From assembly GCA_965215515.1 (NCBI GenBank), contig OZ244057.1:320001-384000 (forward strand): a stretch of 64,000 bases of DNA. The letters are read 5' to 3'. The notes beneath the pieces were generated by a model. The model had not been told where the DNA came from, made no database searches, and worked only from the letters and a program-made list of their open reading frames with translations. Position numbers and translations under genes: made by a program. Positions 49,320 through 58,552 of this stretch are shown here, one piece after another. The DNA is from Oligoflexales bacterium (GTDB taxonomy: Bacteria; Bdellovibrionota_B; Oligoflexia; Oligoflexales; JAPPIL01). The first letter of the stretch is position 1. The number at the start of each line of letters is the position of its first letter.

Positions 49320-49639
49320 AAAACGCAACGCGGGTGATGCTCAGAAGGGTGCCTCTTCTTCGATGTAGGAATCGACTCGCTGACGCAGCTGCATACCTGA
49401 AAACGCAACGCGGGTGATGCTCAGAAGGGTGCCTCTTCTTCGATGTAGGAATCGACTCGCTGACGCAGCTGCATACCTGAAAACGCAACGCGGGTGATGC
49501 TCAGAAGGGTGCCTCTTCTTCGATGTAGGAATCGACTCGCTGACGCAGCTGCATACCTGAAAACGCAACGCGGGTGATGCTCAGAAGGGTGCCTCTTCTT
49601 CGATGTAGGAATCGACTCGCTGACGCAGCTGCATACCTG
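49320..49639. repeat. 4 x 80-bp exact tandem repeat of the ihfB 3' end plus ~20 bp downstream
   Basis: Identical units start at 49320, 49400, 49480 and 49560. Confidence 0.98.
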
Positions 49640-49880
49640 TTTTCCACGCGGGTAGCTTCTTGGGGGGAACTTTTATCTTCGCACCTGTCTTGGGGTTACG
49701 TCCTTCGTAGGCGCGATATTCACGTACCGAGAATGCGCCAAAACCTCTGATTTCGACGCGCTCCCCCAAACACAAGGCATCGACGATGGCATTGAAGAAG
49801 ATATCCACTATCTCCTCGGAACGCGCTAACGTGATGTCGGCACGACCCGAGAGGTTTTCAATCAGATCCGACTTGACCAT
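49581..49880 (-). CDS. ihfB: Integration host factor subunit beta (HU/IHF family)
   Basis: MVKSDLIE, GERVEIRGFGAF, GRNPKTG, P.WKTG..LRQRVD. Confidence 0.9.
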   Translation of the reverse strand: MVKSDLIENLSGRADITLARSEEIVDIFFNAIVDALCLGERVEIRGFGAFSVREYRAYEGRNPKTGAKIKVPPKKLPAWKTGMQLRQRVDSYIEEEAPF

Positions 49881-50094
49881 CCCACACCACCTCGTCATGT
49901 GCTTGTCAAAGATATAACCCCATTTTATCAGGATGATGCCCTAAAAAACAAGCTGTGCGGGTTAAATTTTATCATCTCGACCGCGTAATAAGGCTTGACG
50001 GATGTGTCTAACGGCTAAAACACAGCTGAGAAAACAAAAAAACATGGCACAAAACTGATTTAAAGGTTTAGTATGAGCTGTTGGGGGTTATATT

Positions 50095-51051
50095 TTGGAC
50101 TGCATCCCGCTTGAACAACCGATTGTCGATCTCGAAGAAAAGATTGTGTTGCTGCGGCGCATGGCGGCAACCCAGGCGATCGACCTCGATACCGACATAG
50201 AAAAACTGGAACGGCAGGTCGAAGAGCTGCGTACCCAGATTTTCCACCGCCTGAGCGCCTACGAGACAGTGCAGCTGTCGCGTCATCCCTCACGTCCTAA
50301 TGGACTGGATCTCATCAAGCGGATGTGTATGAATTTTATCGAGTTTCACGGCGATCGCAATTTTTTCGATGACCCTGCCATCGTCGGTGGCATCGCCGAG
50401 CTTGAACACTGGCGGGTGGTGGTTGTTGCGCACCAAAAGGGACGCGGTACCAGCGACAACATCTTCCGTAACTTCGGCATGCCTAAGCCAGAGGGTTACC
50501 GCAAAGCTCTGCGTTTGATGATGATGGCGAACAAGTTCAAGCTGCCTATCATCACGCTCATCGACACACCAGGAGCTTATCCAGGGGTGGGAGCGGAGGA
50601 ACGTGGTCAATCGGAGGCGATCGGGCGCAGCATCATGATGATGGCACAGCTACAAGTGCCTGTCATCACGGTGGTTATCGGTGAAGGAGGCAGCGGCGGG
50701 GCGCTCGCCATCGGTGTAGCTAACAGTGTTCATATGCTGGAGTACGCCGTCTACTCGGTCATTTCGCCTGAGGGGTGTGCTTCCATTCTGCTCAAGGATG
50801 CGGAGCGAGCGGAGTCGGCCGCGGAATCCTTGCAACTGACCGCGGCGGGGGCACGTCGTCTCCAGCTGGTCGATTCCATCATCGACGAGCCGAGCGGCGG
50901 GGCACATCGTGACCCAGCTCGCGTTGCCCAGAGCATCAAGCTCACTGTGCTGCATGATCTGGAGGAATTCAGCCATCTCTCCCCTCGGCAACTGCAAGAA
51001 CAGCGCGCCGCGAAGTTTAGAGCGGTAAGTTTTTTTCGTGATGATCGTTGA
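50095..51051 (+). CDS. accA: Acetyl-CoA carboxylase carboxyltransferase subunit alpha
   Basis: SRHPSRP, HGDR, NFGMPKPEGYRKA, DTPGAYPG, GEGGSGGAL. Confidence 0.98.
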   Translation: MDCIPLEQPIVDLEEKIVLLRRMAATQAIDLDTDIEKLERQVEELRTQIFHRLSAYETVQLSRHPSRPNGLDLIKRMCMNFIEFHGDRNFFDDPAIVGGIAELEHWRVVVVAHQKGRGTSDNIFRNFGMPKPEGYRKALRLMMMANKFKLPIITLIDTPGAYPGVGAEERGQSEAIGRSIMMMAQLQVPVITVVIGEGGSGGALAIGVANSVHMLEYAVYSVISPEGCASILLKDAERAESAAESLQLTAAGARRLQLVDSIIDEPSGGAHRDPARVAQSIKLTVLHDLEEFSHLSPRQLQEQRAAKFRAVSFFRDDR

Positions 51052-52342
51052 ACCGCTTACCACGAGAGGGGGAACGTACACGGTAGCACTGCCCGCCGAC
51101 AAGTCGCTGACCCATCGTGCGCTTATCCTAGCCGCCTGCGCCGCGGGGCGTAGCGTTATCGTCAACCCCTCGTCATCCCGTGATTGCCAGACAACGATCG
51201 GCGTGCTGCAACAGCTGGGAGTCTCGGTGTCCTGTATCCAAAACAGGTGGGAGGTTAGTGCACACGGTGGGGAACGGTGGCAAACCCCCTCCGCACCGCT
51301 CGATTTTGGTAACAGCGGCACTGCCGCACGCTTACTTATTGCACTGCTTGCCTCACAGCCAGGCTTAACCTGTGTCTGTCACGGTGATGAGAGTTTGCGC
51401 ACCCGCCCGATGGGGCGTGTCGTGCATTGGTTACGCGGTGCGGGAGCACACATTACGGGTGAGAACGGCGGCGAGCATTTGCCCTTGGCCATCGTCGGCA
51501 GACGGCTGCAACCTTTCCGCTGTCGGCTGGAGATCGCTTCCGCACAGGTCAAGTCAGCCTTGCTGCTTGCCGCGATGAATATCACGGGGGAAGTGCGTAT
51601 CGACCTGCCCGCGGGAACTCGCTCCCACACCGAATACATGTTGCGAGCGCAGGGTGTGGCCTGCCACACAGAGGAAAGAGCGGGGCGGCAGCACCTCAGG
51701 GTACGCGGCCCTTACACGCTGCGGCCGCAGCGGTGGCACATTGCTGCCGATCCTTCTGCCGCGGCCTTCTTTGTCGTGCTCGGTGTGTTGTCGCCGCGTG
51801 CGGTACGTGTTGTTCTGCCTGACGTGTTGGCGGACGACAACCGCCTCGCGTTTTTGCGGGTTATCAGGGCGATGGGTGGTGAGGTGCAGTGCCGTAAGCA
51901 CGGTGAGGGTGTCTGCGAGCTCAGCGTGCGGGGTGGTGCGCAGTTGCGCGCGGCCCAGCTCAGTGCGGCTGAGATTCCTGCGTTGATCGACGAAGTGCCG
52001 ATCCTGACAGTGCTGGCCATGTTTGCGGCGGGTAGGACGGAGTGGCATGGGGTCGGTGAACTGCGTTACAAGGAGTGTGACCGTTTGCAAGCGTTGGTGC
52101 GCCTCTGTCGTGCCGCAGGCCGCACTTGCCAACTGCGCGATGGCATGCTGGCAGTGCAGGGAAGTGCGGCGCGGGTTGCTCCTTATACTTTTGACGCGCA
52201 GGGCGATCATCGCCTGTGCATGGCTGCGTCGATCTGTGCCTCGTTCGCTACGCAGCCCTGTGAGCTGAAGGGTAGTTCCTGTGTGGAGATAAGTTTCCCC
52301 CATTTTTTCAGCCAGCTGAGGACGATAAGACAGGGAGGCTAG
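51038..52342 (+). CDS. aroA: 3-phosphoshikimate 1-carboxyvinyltransferase
   Basis: DKSLTHRA, GNSGT, SAQVKSA, DPS.A, IDE.P, ELRYKECDR, DHRL.M. Confidence 0.97.
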   Translation: MMIVEPLTTRGGTYTVALPADKSLTHRALILAACAAGRSVIVNPSSSRDCQTTIGVLQQLGVSVSCIQNRWEVSAHGGERWQTPSAPLDFGNSGTAARLLIALLASQPGLTCVCHGDESLRTRPMGRVVHWLRGAGAHITGENGGEHLPLAIVGRRLQPFRCRLEIASAQVKSALLLAAMNITGEVRIDLPAGTRSHTEYMLRAQGVACHTEERAGRQHLRVRGPYTLRPQRWHIAADPSAAAFFVVLGVLSPRAVRVVLPDVLADDNRLAFLRVIRAMGGEVQCRKHGEGVCELSVRGGAQLRAAQLSAAEIPALIDEVPILTVLAMFAAGRTEWHGVGELRYKECDRLQALVRLCRAAGRTCQLRDGMLAVQGSAARVAPYTFDAQGDHRLCMAASICASFATQPCELKGSSCVEISFPHFFSQLRTIRQGG

Positions 52343-53028
52343 TGATGGCAAAAAAGCATGTGGTGGCAGTCGATGGCCTTGTCGGGGCAGGCAAGAGTAC
52401 CGTCTGTCGTATGGCAGGCAACATGTTGGGCTGGCCTGCGGTAAGCACGGGCATTTTTTACCGCACGGTAGCTTTCATCGTACAGCGGTACGGGCTTGCC
52501 TTGCACGCGGCGCAGGAAATCGAGCAACTGTTGCTGCAGGAGCTGGCGAAGGTGGAGTGGCATCTCGTTAGCGGAGGGGAGGTTCGCTATGCGGGAGAAG
52601 TGCTGACTACACAATTACGGCGTGAGACGCTGGGCGAAGCAGCCAGCGTGTTGTCGGAATTACCCGCGGTGCGCACTTTGTTATTACCTCTCCAGCGCGC
52701 GGTGGTGCATACCAGCCCGCAGCAGGGGGTTATTGTCGATGGACGAGACATCGGAACGGTTGTCTTTCCGCAGGCGGACTTGAAGTTTTTCATGACCGCC
52801 AGTCTCGCTCAGCGAGCGTTCCGCCGTGCTCGCGATGAGAATGCCGACCCGCAAAAACTGCGGGCGGTGATTGCAAAGCGAGATGTGCGTGACCGCGGGC
52901 GTACTCTCGCTCCTCTGCAAAAGGCTGCCGATGCGGTGGAATTGGACACGAGTGTGATGACCGCGGCGCAGGCGGCTGCGTATCTCGTGGCACTTATCCG
53001 CGGACGCTTGCCGAATGCCGCGACTTAG
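52342..53028 (+). CDS. cmk: Cytidylate kinase
   Basis: VDGLVGAGKST, TG..YR, DGRDIGTVVFP.A..K.F.TAS, RD..D..R..APL. Confidence 0.96.
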   Translation: MMAKKHVVAVDGLVGAGKSTVCRMAGNMLGWPAVSTGIFYRTVAFIVQRYGLALHAAQEIEQLLLQELAKVEWHLVSGGEVRYAGEVLTTQLRRETLGEAASVLSELPAVRTLLLPLQRAVVHTSPQQGVIVDGRDIGTVVFPQADLKFFMTASLAQRAFRRARDENADPQKLRAVIAKRDVRDRGRTLAPLQKAADAVELDTSVMTAAQAAAYLVALIRGRLPNAAT

Positions 53029-53073
53029 AGCATAATGTGAGGGGTGAGTGTCAATGCAGGGGGGATTGATAAA

Positions 53074-53343
53074 ATGAGTGAGCTAGGTGATAACGTTAAA
53101 TCTCTGCCGACTTGGCAGCGATTGTTTTTTGTGCTTCTTTATCTGGTTGTCGCGTGTGTCATTGTCGAGGCGGTGTTCGTCGCCGTCGTCGTCTTGCAGT
53201 GTGGGTTTTTGCTCTTGACGGGCAAGAAAAATAGCAACTTGTTGCAGTTCGCCAGTTCGGTGCTGCGTTACTACCTGCAGGTGCTCGAATATCTGTGCTT
53301 CAAAAGCGACGAACGTCCTTTTCCCTTTAAACCATGGCCGTGA
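53074..53343 (+). CDS. DUF4389-like small membrane protein
   Basis: W.RL.F..L, Q....L.TG..N.NL..F, YL.F.SDERPFPF..WP. Confidence 0.75.
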   Translation: MSELGDNVKSLPTWQRLFFVLLYLVVACVIVEAVFVAVVVLQCGFLLLTGKKNSNLLQFASSVLRYYLQVLEYLCFKSDERPFPFKPWP

Positions 53344-53350
53344 ACTAGAA

Positions 53351-54364
53351 CTAGAGTGGTTTCTCTCCTAGGGCGACCAGAGCTTCGTTGATGGCTTGGG
53401 GCAGGTCAGTCGGCAGGTCGCTGAAGATGAGCTTGCGCCCGTTGACGAAGAACGACGGCGTGCCTTGCAGGCCGAGGCGTTGTGCTTCGTGTTTGCCCTT
53501 CGCCACGAAGCGTTGTGCGTCTTTGCCTGCCATGCAGCCGCTGAACTGCTTGCTGTCCAGGCGCAACTGGGAGGCCAGTTGCGCGGGAGATTGGGCGGTC
53601 AGTTCGGCTTGGCGTGCAAACGCGAGATCGTGGAACTCCCAGTATTTGTTTTGGAGTTTGGCGCAATAAGCTCCCTGTGCGATGAGGGCGGAGACCCCCG
53701 AACGGTTGACAGGGTAGTCGATGTTGACCACTCGCACTTTGTTCTTGAAGCGCGGCAGAATCTTACGCAACTGCATGGTAGCTTCGCGGCAGTGGTTGCA
53801 CTGGTAATCGAAAAACTCCACCACCGTCACCTCACCCTTGCCTTTGCTGGGAAATCCCTGTGTTGCGATAGTGAACCGCGGCGCGACAGGCTTGGGGAAG
53901 AGGAGCTGATAACTCCCCTCCTTCTTTACACGGGCAAGATATGTGTCGCGTCGCGCCGCGGCCTTCTGGGCTTGCAGATAACGCGTCAACTGCGGCTTGG
54001 CTTTATCGTATGCGTAGGGAATACGCGCCTTGTTGTCGGCGTAAAATTTCTTTATTTCTTTCTCATCTATAGTGCCTGCACTAAAAAATTCGGCACGCAA
54101 CTCGTCAACAGTTTTTTTATTTTTTTTAGCTTCGTGTTTGAGACTATGTTCAAAAACATGTTCGGAGATAATACGATCCATTTCTTGGTAGTAGTTGAGT
54201 TTTGCCTCGTAAAGGCTTTGCCTCAGCGGTGGTGGTAGTTTGTTCTCGTCGTATGTTTGTTGCTGAAAACGGTACAGGCCATCGCCATAGCTTCTGCTAC
54301 CGAACAGCACGAAAGTTGTCATCATTGCAACGAAAAGCGATTTGCTGAGCGAGGCTGGGTACAT
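53351..54364 (-). CDS. DsbA-family thioredoxin-fold protein with N-terminal helical domain
   Basis: VVEFFDYQCNHC, KYWEFHD, GTPSFFVNG. Confidence 0.9.
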   Translation of the reverse strand: MYPASLSKSLFVAMMTTFVLFGSRSYGDGLYRFQQQTYDENKLPPPLRQSLYEAKLNYYQEMDRIISEHVFEHSLKHEAKKNKKTVDELRAEFFSAGTIDEKEIKKFYADNKARIPYAYDKAKPQLTRYLQAQKAAARRDTYLARVKKEGSYQLLFPKPVAPRFTIATQGFPSKGKGEVTVVEFFDYQCNHCREATMQLRKILPRFKNKVRVVNIDYPVNRSGVSALIAQGAYCAKLQNKYWEFHDLAFARQAELTAQSPAQLASQLRLDSKQFSGCMAGKDAQRFVAKGKHEAQRLGLQGTPSFFVNGRKLIFSDLPTDLPQAINEALVALGEKPL

Positions 54365-54516
54365 GTTTTCTCCTCAATTTGCGTGTTAAACCTTCTACCA
54401 CACTCGCCCAAAAATATACAGTAAAATTTATCACCTCTAGTAAAATTTTTTCCCTTGCAACACGATCGGTTGTTCTGTAGCTTGGGGGTAGGTTTTTTTT
54501 AATTAGGAGTTCGGTT

Positions 54517-54981
54517 ATGAAGTTGTTTCTGGTTTTCTTGGTGTCTCTTTGGTCGCTAGCCGCGTTGGGTGGCATGCAACCGCTTCACAACAATCAGTAT
54601 TTCAATGGCAGTGGGGTTAAGTTTCATCCTGATGGCAGTACCGAGCGTTATTTGGTCAGCCTTTCTATCAGCAAGAAGAGTGCGCACAAGTTCCGTTTGA
54701 ACTTCGACTATCAGTTTGCGGGGAAGAACATGTTCTTTGATCTTGTCCACAAGCACAACATGGCTGACTCCAGTTTCTTCAGCATCTATAAGGAAGGTGA
54801 ACTCGTCGGTCATGGTTACTGCTGGGGCATGCGTTGTCACACCAACTGGAGCTATCACGGCTACAACATCGAATCCAGCTACTATCGCCATCGTCGCAGC
54901 GGTGCGATTCACAGCATGGGCTCGAAAAGCAAAGACGGCATGGTTTACATTTGGAAAGAAAAGCTACGCCCTCTTCACTGA
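54517..54981 (+). CDS. Secreted hypothetical protein (tandem paralogue A)
   Basis: Signal peptide; SSFF...GE.VG.GYCWG.RCH...Y.GY.IE...GSK motif shared with the next gene. Confidence 0.75.
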   Translation: MKLFLVFLVSLWSLAALGGMQPLHNNQYFNGSGVKFHPDGSTERYLVSLSISKKSAHKFRLNFDYQFAGKNMFFDLVHKHNMADSSFFSIYKEGELVGHGYCWGMRCHTNWSYHGYNIESSYYRHRRSGAIHSMGSKSKDGMVYIWKEKLRPLH

Positions 54982-55066
54982 TAGCTGGCCAGCCAGACAA
55001 TCTGGCTACCTAACGCTAAGCGGGTAGGTTTTGCTTGTATTTAATTATTTTTGCAGGGAGTTATCG

Positions 55067-55558
55067 ATGAAATTTTTGCTTGCGGTTTTATTTTTTCTGG
55101 GTTCATCGACTGCCTTCGCGGTAGCTGATGAGTCCGTCTCTGACTTGTCTTACCACTCGGCGCACGGTTTTGAGTACTATCACGGTGCAGGTGTGTACAA
55201 AAAACCATCGGGCAAGAGTGCCGATTTTTTGGCTTCACTGACCATTCGCGACCTCGGCGAAGGTCAGCACAAATTTAGCTACGGTATCTACTCAAGTCGC
55301 GGCAGTATGCACTACAACATCGTCATCAGCGATCGTGCCGACACAAGCTTCTTCGATGTCATGTCACAAGGTGAAACCATCGGTTACGGCTACTGCATGG
55401 GTAGCAAGTGTCACCTTGAATACAGCCTCGAGGGCTACGATATAGAAGACACTATCAAACGCCACAAACGTGGCGGTGCGCTGACCTGCACTGGCTCGAA
55501 ACGCGGCGAACACGGCATTATTAAATCTTGGAAAATGTCTCTCAAGAAAATTTTCTGA
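55067..55558 (+). CDS. Secreted hypothetical protein (tandem paralogue B)
   Basis: Signal peptide; TSFF...GE.IG.GYCMG.KCH.....GY.IE...GSK. Confidence 0.75.
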   Translation: MKFLLAVLFFLGSSTAFAVADESVSDLSYHSAHGFEYYHGAGVYKKPSGKSADFLASLTIRDLGEGQHKFSYGIYSSRGSMHYNIVISDRADTSFFDVMSQGETIGYGYCMGSKCHLEYSLEGYDIEDTIKRHKRGGALTCTGSKRGEHGIIKSWKMSLKKIF

Positions 55559-55577
55559 TCCACATTCTCTACTCACT

Positions 55578-55615
55578 CAACAAGCAGGTTGAGGTTTTTC
55601 TTAACCTGCTTGTTG
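55578..55615. terminator. Hairpin terminator between convergent genes
   Basis: CAACAAGCAGGTT / AACCTGCTTGTTG perfect 13-bp stem. Confidence 0.75.
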
Positions 55616-55647
55616 TTTCCATCCCCCCGCGGAACAACGAACACCCA

Positions 55648-56565
55648 CTACCAACGTGGCAAGGAAAAAGACACACTGTGCATTGCAACCTCTAGCCATT
55701 TTTGATACTCAATGTGTTGCTTTTGCTCACGCACGGCTTGTTCTACGACAGAACGAAAATCACCAAGACTGCCACTGCCAGCGGGATTTTTCTTCAACAA
55801 AAACATTATGTGAAAACCATAGGGGGACTTGAGTACTTCCGTGATACGCTTCTCACGCATTTTAAATAATACATGGAACACCTGAGGCAACTCACTCTTC
55901 GTCAGCGGCCCCAACAAACCACCTTCCTCTGCTTCGGGAGCGATTGAATGCTCACGCGCATAAGTGCTGAAATTTTTTGCCGTAACAAGAGCACGAATGC
56001 GCTTCGCTTGCCTCTCTTGAGGCAAGACAATTTGCCGAAAAGTTACCGTAGCAGAACGTAAATAACGCTCACGATTGGCAGCAAAAAAATCTGCTAACTC
56101 CGCTTCGCTAACACTGAGACGCGTGAAGACATGCACCTGACTGTAACGACGAATTGCTTCCTGCTCGCACAATTTGCGCCTGATACCATTCTGACGATGC
56201 ACACTCGTATAAAAAACAGGATCGGACATAATCAACGCCTCCGCCTGACGCAAACACTCCGTCTCTGCAAAAACAAACCCCGCATCACCCTTCAGATGCT
56301 CATACAAAATACGCCGCTCCAATAACTCGGATAACACCTCCTTCTGCAACTCTGGCACTTCTCCTGCCTCCGTATCCTGCAACTGTAAATCTAACTCAAA
56401 CTGCAAATCATGTGCCTTGATCGCTGTCTCGCCCACCGTAGCAATAACGTCCGAAGCAGCAACACTGTCGCTCAAATGCAGCTCACGCCCCACCGTACCA
56501 CGATATAAACGCAACACAACAACCACCATTGCAGAGAAAAACACCAGCAATAAAATCTTCTTCAT
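55648..56565 (-). CDS. PpiC-type peptidyl-prolyl isomerase (SurA/PrsA-like)
   Basis: F...AREHS.APE...GG.LG, KSPYGFHI. Confidence 0.88.
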   Translation of the reverse strand: MKKILLLVFFSAMVVVVLRLYRGTVGRELHLSDSVAASDVIATVGETAIKAHDLQFELDLQLQDTEAGEVPELQKEVLSELLERRILYEHLKGDAGFVFAETECLRQAEALIMSDPVFYTSVHRQNGIRRKLCEQEAIRRYSQVHVFTRLSVSEAELADFFAANRERYLRSATVTFRQIVLPQERQAKRIRALVTAKNFSTYAREHSIAPEAEEGGLLGPLTKSELPQVFHVLFKMREKRITEVLKSPYGFHIMFLLKKNPAGSGSLGDFRSVVEQAVREQKQHIEYQKWLEVAMHSVSFSLPRW

Positions 56566-56620
56566 ACCCACTAACCCCAACACCACCCTGCTCACACATA
56601 AATGGTTATCGTGAGTATAG

Positions 56621-57295
56621 CTAAACCCCTACCCTGCTGCCAATTTTGAGATGCGCGCCTGTAACTACCGTGCAGGGTAAAACCTGGCTGTCGCGCGCAA
56701 GCACCGTGCCAGGATTAGTGACCGCATTGCAGCCGATCTGCACCCCATCACCGAGTACAGCCCCGAACTTACGCAACATCGTCGCAATACTGCCACCCTC
56801 ATAGCGTAACTTAATCGTGCTGCTAGAGTTGAGCTTTAAGTTGGCCAACTTCACACCCGCACCGAGATTGACCCGATTGCCCAGTACACTATCACCGATA
56901 TAAGCAAAATGCCCCGCCTTTACCTCGTCAAGCAACAGCGAGTTCTTCACCTCCGTCGCATGACCGAGCACACACCCCCGTCCCGCAATAACATTGCCGC
57001 GGAGATAAGCACCGTGCCGTACCTCACAACCCTCGGCAAGCCAACACGGGCCGCGCACATACGCCCCTGCCTCGACTCGTACCCCCTTCGCAATCACAAT
57101 ACCCACGCCCTCCAAATACGCACGGGGATCGACATCGCCTTGCACGACATTGCACGACAAATCACAACGACCCGCCAAATAAGACGCAATGGAGTCGGGA
57201 AACACATCCCACACACAAGAAACATCAGCAAAAATATCTGCCGCAAAAAAATCGCACAGAGAAAAAAAACGCTGCGGGACAAACAAGTCACGCAA
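56621..57295 (-). CDS. Hexapeptide-repeat (GlmU C-terminal-like) acetyltransferase
   Basis: RHGAYLRG, EVKNS, HFAYIGDSVLG..VNLGAG, RKFGA..GD. Confidence 0.85.
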   Translation of the reverse strand: MRDLFVPQRFFSLCDFFAADIFADVSCVWDVFPDSIASYLAGRCDLSCNVVQGDVDPRAYLEGVGIVIAKGVRVEAGAYVRGPCWLAEGCEVRHGAYLRGNVIAGRGCVLGHATEVKNSLLLDEVKAGHFAYIGDSVLGNRVNLGAGVKLANLKLNSSSTIKLRYEGGSIATMLRKFGAVLGDGVQIGCNAVTNPGTVLARDSQVLPCTVVTGAHLKIGSRVGV

Positions 57296-57354
57296 ATTCG
57301 TACCCCTAGATCACCACACAAGCCTCGGAACACAGACAACACGAGCACCGCCTG

Positions 57355-57377
57355 CCCCCCCCCCCCCCCCCCCCCCC
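57355..57377. repeat. C23 homopolymer (G23 on the transcribed minus strand)
   Basis: Counted directly from the sequence. Confidence 0.9.
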
Positions 57378-57394
57378 GCCAGCGCAACAAAAAA

Positions 57395-57468
57395 CGACCC
57401 CGTCCCGATTCGAACGGGAAACCCTCGGCTTAGAAGGCCGATGCTCTATCCGATTGAGCTACGGGGCC
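57395..57468 (-). tRNA. tRNA-Arg (anticodon UCU), CCA not encoded
   Basis: GGCCCCGTAGCTCAATCGGATAGAGCATCGGCCTTCTAAGCCGAGGGTTTCCCGTTCGAATCGGGACGGGGTCG folds into a cloverleaf; anticodon loop CT-TCT-AA. Confidence 0.96.
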
Positions 57469-57571
57469 TACCATGCAGCACGCCCGCTGACACACCTACC
57501 CTCGGCAAAAAAGATCAGCGGGACAATACCACATAACCACGTGTTCACCACCTTCGCAAAAAACAAAACAC

Positions 57572-58552
57572 TCAGGCATCCGACACACCGAACATCCGTG
57601 CGACGACAAGCCTGACCGCAGCCGACGGCGGCAAACCCTCCTCCGTTATTTTTTTACTCACCTGTGTCATCAATGTCGCATGTTCTGCAAACAAACGCGC
57701 CTGACACAGGCGTGCCAACTCCGCCTGAAAAAAAGCCACCCCTTGTGCGGCACGATTACGCTGCAACGCACCGCTAGCCATCCGTACCTGACGCAGCTTG
57801 TCCAGACACACACCCAGCTGCTCAAGTCCCTTGTTCTCCCGCGCCGAAGTCAATACCACCTCCGCCTGCGTTTCTCCAGCACCTAAACGCAGTGCCTGCT
57901 GCAAAACAGCGTGTGCCTGTTCAGCCAAAGGACGCATGTCGCCATCATGCTTGCTGATAACAAACACATCGCTCATCTCAGGCAATCCCTTCTTCAAACT
58001 CTGCACCAGATCACCTCCCCCACCCGCTAACAACGTCACCACGATATCGACACTGTGCCTAACGGCAAAATCACTCTGCCCACTACCCATCGTCTCGACT
58101 ATCACCGTGCGATAACCAGCTAACTCACATATACGCACCATCTCTGGCAACAGCACATGCACACCTCCCGCCACCTGCCGCCCTGCTAACGGGCGAATGA
58201 ACACCTCCGCACATGCCGCCAACTCACCCATGCGCAACTTGTCTCCTAGGATACTGCCACCACTGCGGGGTGAAGCTGGATCGATGGCCAGCACCGCCAA
58301 CGGCCCGTGTCGTTGGCGCAACAAATGCAAGCCCCAGACACCGATCAACGTGCTCTTACCCGCTCCTGCCGCACCCGTGATACCGATTCTCGTCGTCGCA
58401 GGCTGTTCCCGCGCCGCAGCACGTAGAAAAGCGACGACAAAATCACGATCCTCCCTGCGACTGCTCTCCACCCGCGACAGCATCTGTGCCAATGCCCGTC
58501 GCTCGCCGCCACGTACCGCTGCCAAACAACTACCCAAATCAGCCGCACGCAT
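57572..58552 (-). CDS. meaB: Methylmalonyl-CoA mutase-associated GTPase MeaB
   Basis: GITGAAGAGKST, AIDPAS..SGGSILGDK.RM, VET.G.GQS, Q..KKG. Confidence 0.93.
   Translation of the reverse strand: MRAADLGSCLAAVRGGERRALAQMLSRVESSRREDRDFVVAFLRAAAREQPATTRIGITGAAGAGKSTLIGVWGLHLLRQRHGPLAVLAIDPASPRSGGSILGDKLRMGELAACAEVFIRPLAGRQVAGGVHVLLPEMVRICELAGYRTVIVETMGSGQSDFAVRHSVDIVVTLLAGGGGDLVQSLKKGLPEMSDVFVISKHDGDMRPLAEQAHAVLQQALRLGAGETQAEVVLTSARENKGLEQLGVCLDKLRQVRMASGALQRNRAAQGVAFFQAELARLCQARLFAEHATLMTQVSKKITEEGLPPSAAVRLVVARMFGVSDA

Noticed and set aside
49320..49639. CRISPR array, or small genes 49255-49488 and 49341-49568
   Set aside because: The whole 80-bp unit is identical with no spacers; the ORFs are by-products of the duplication.
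57395..57468. Genomic island integrated at tRNA-Arg
   Set aside because: No duplicated tRNA 3' end or integrase seen; the flanking genes are housekeeping.
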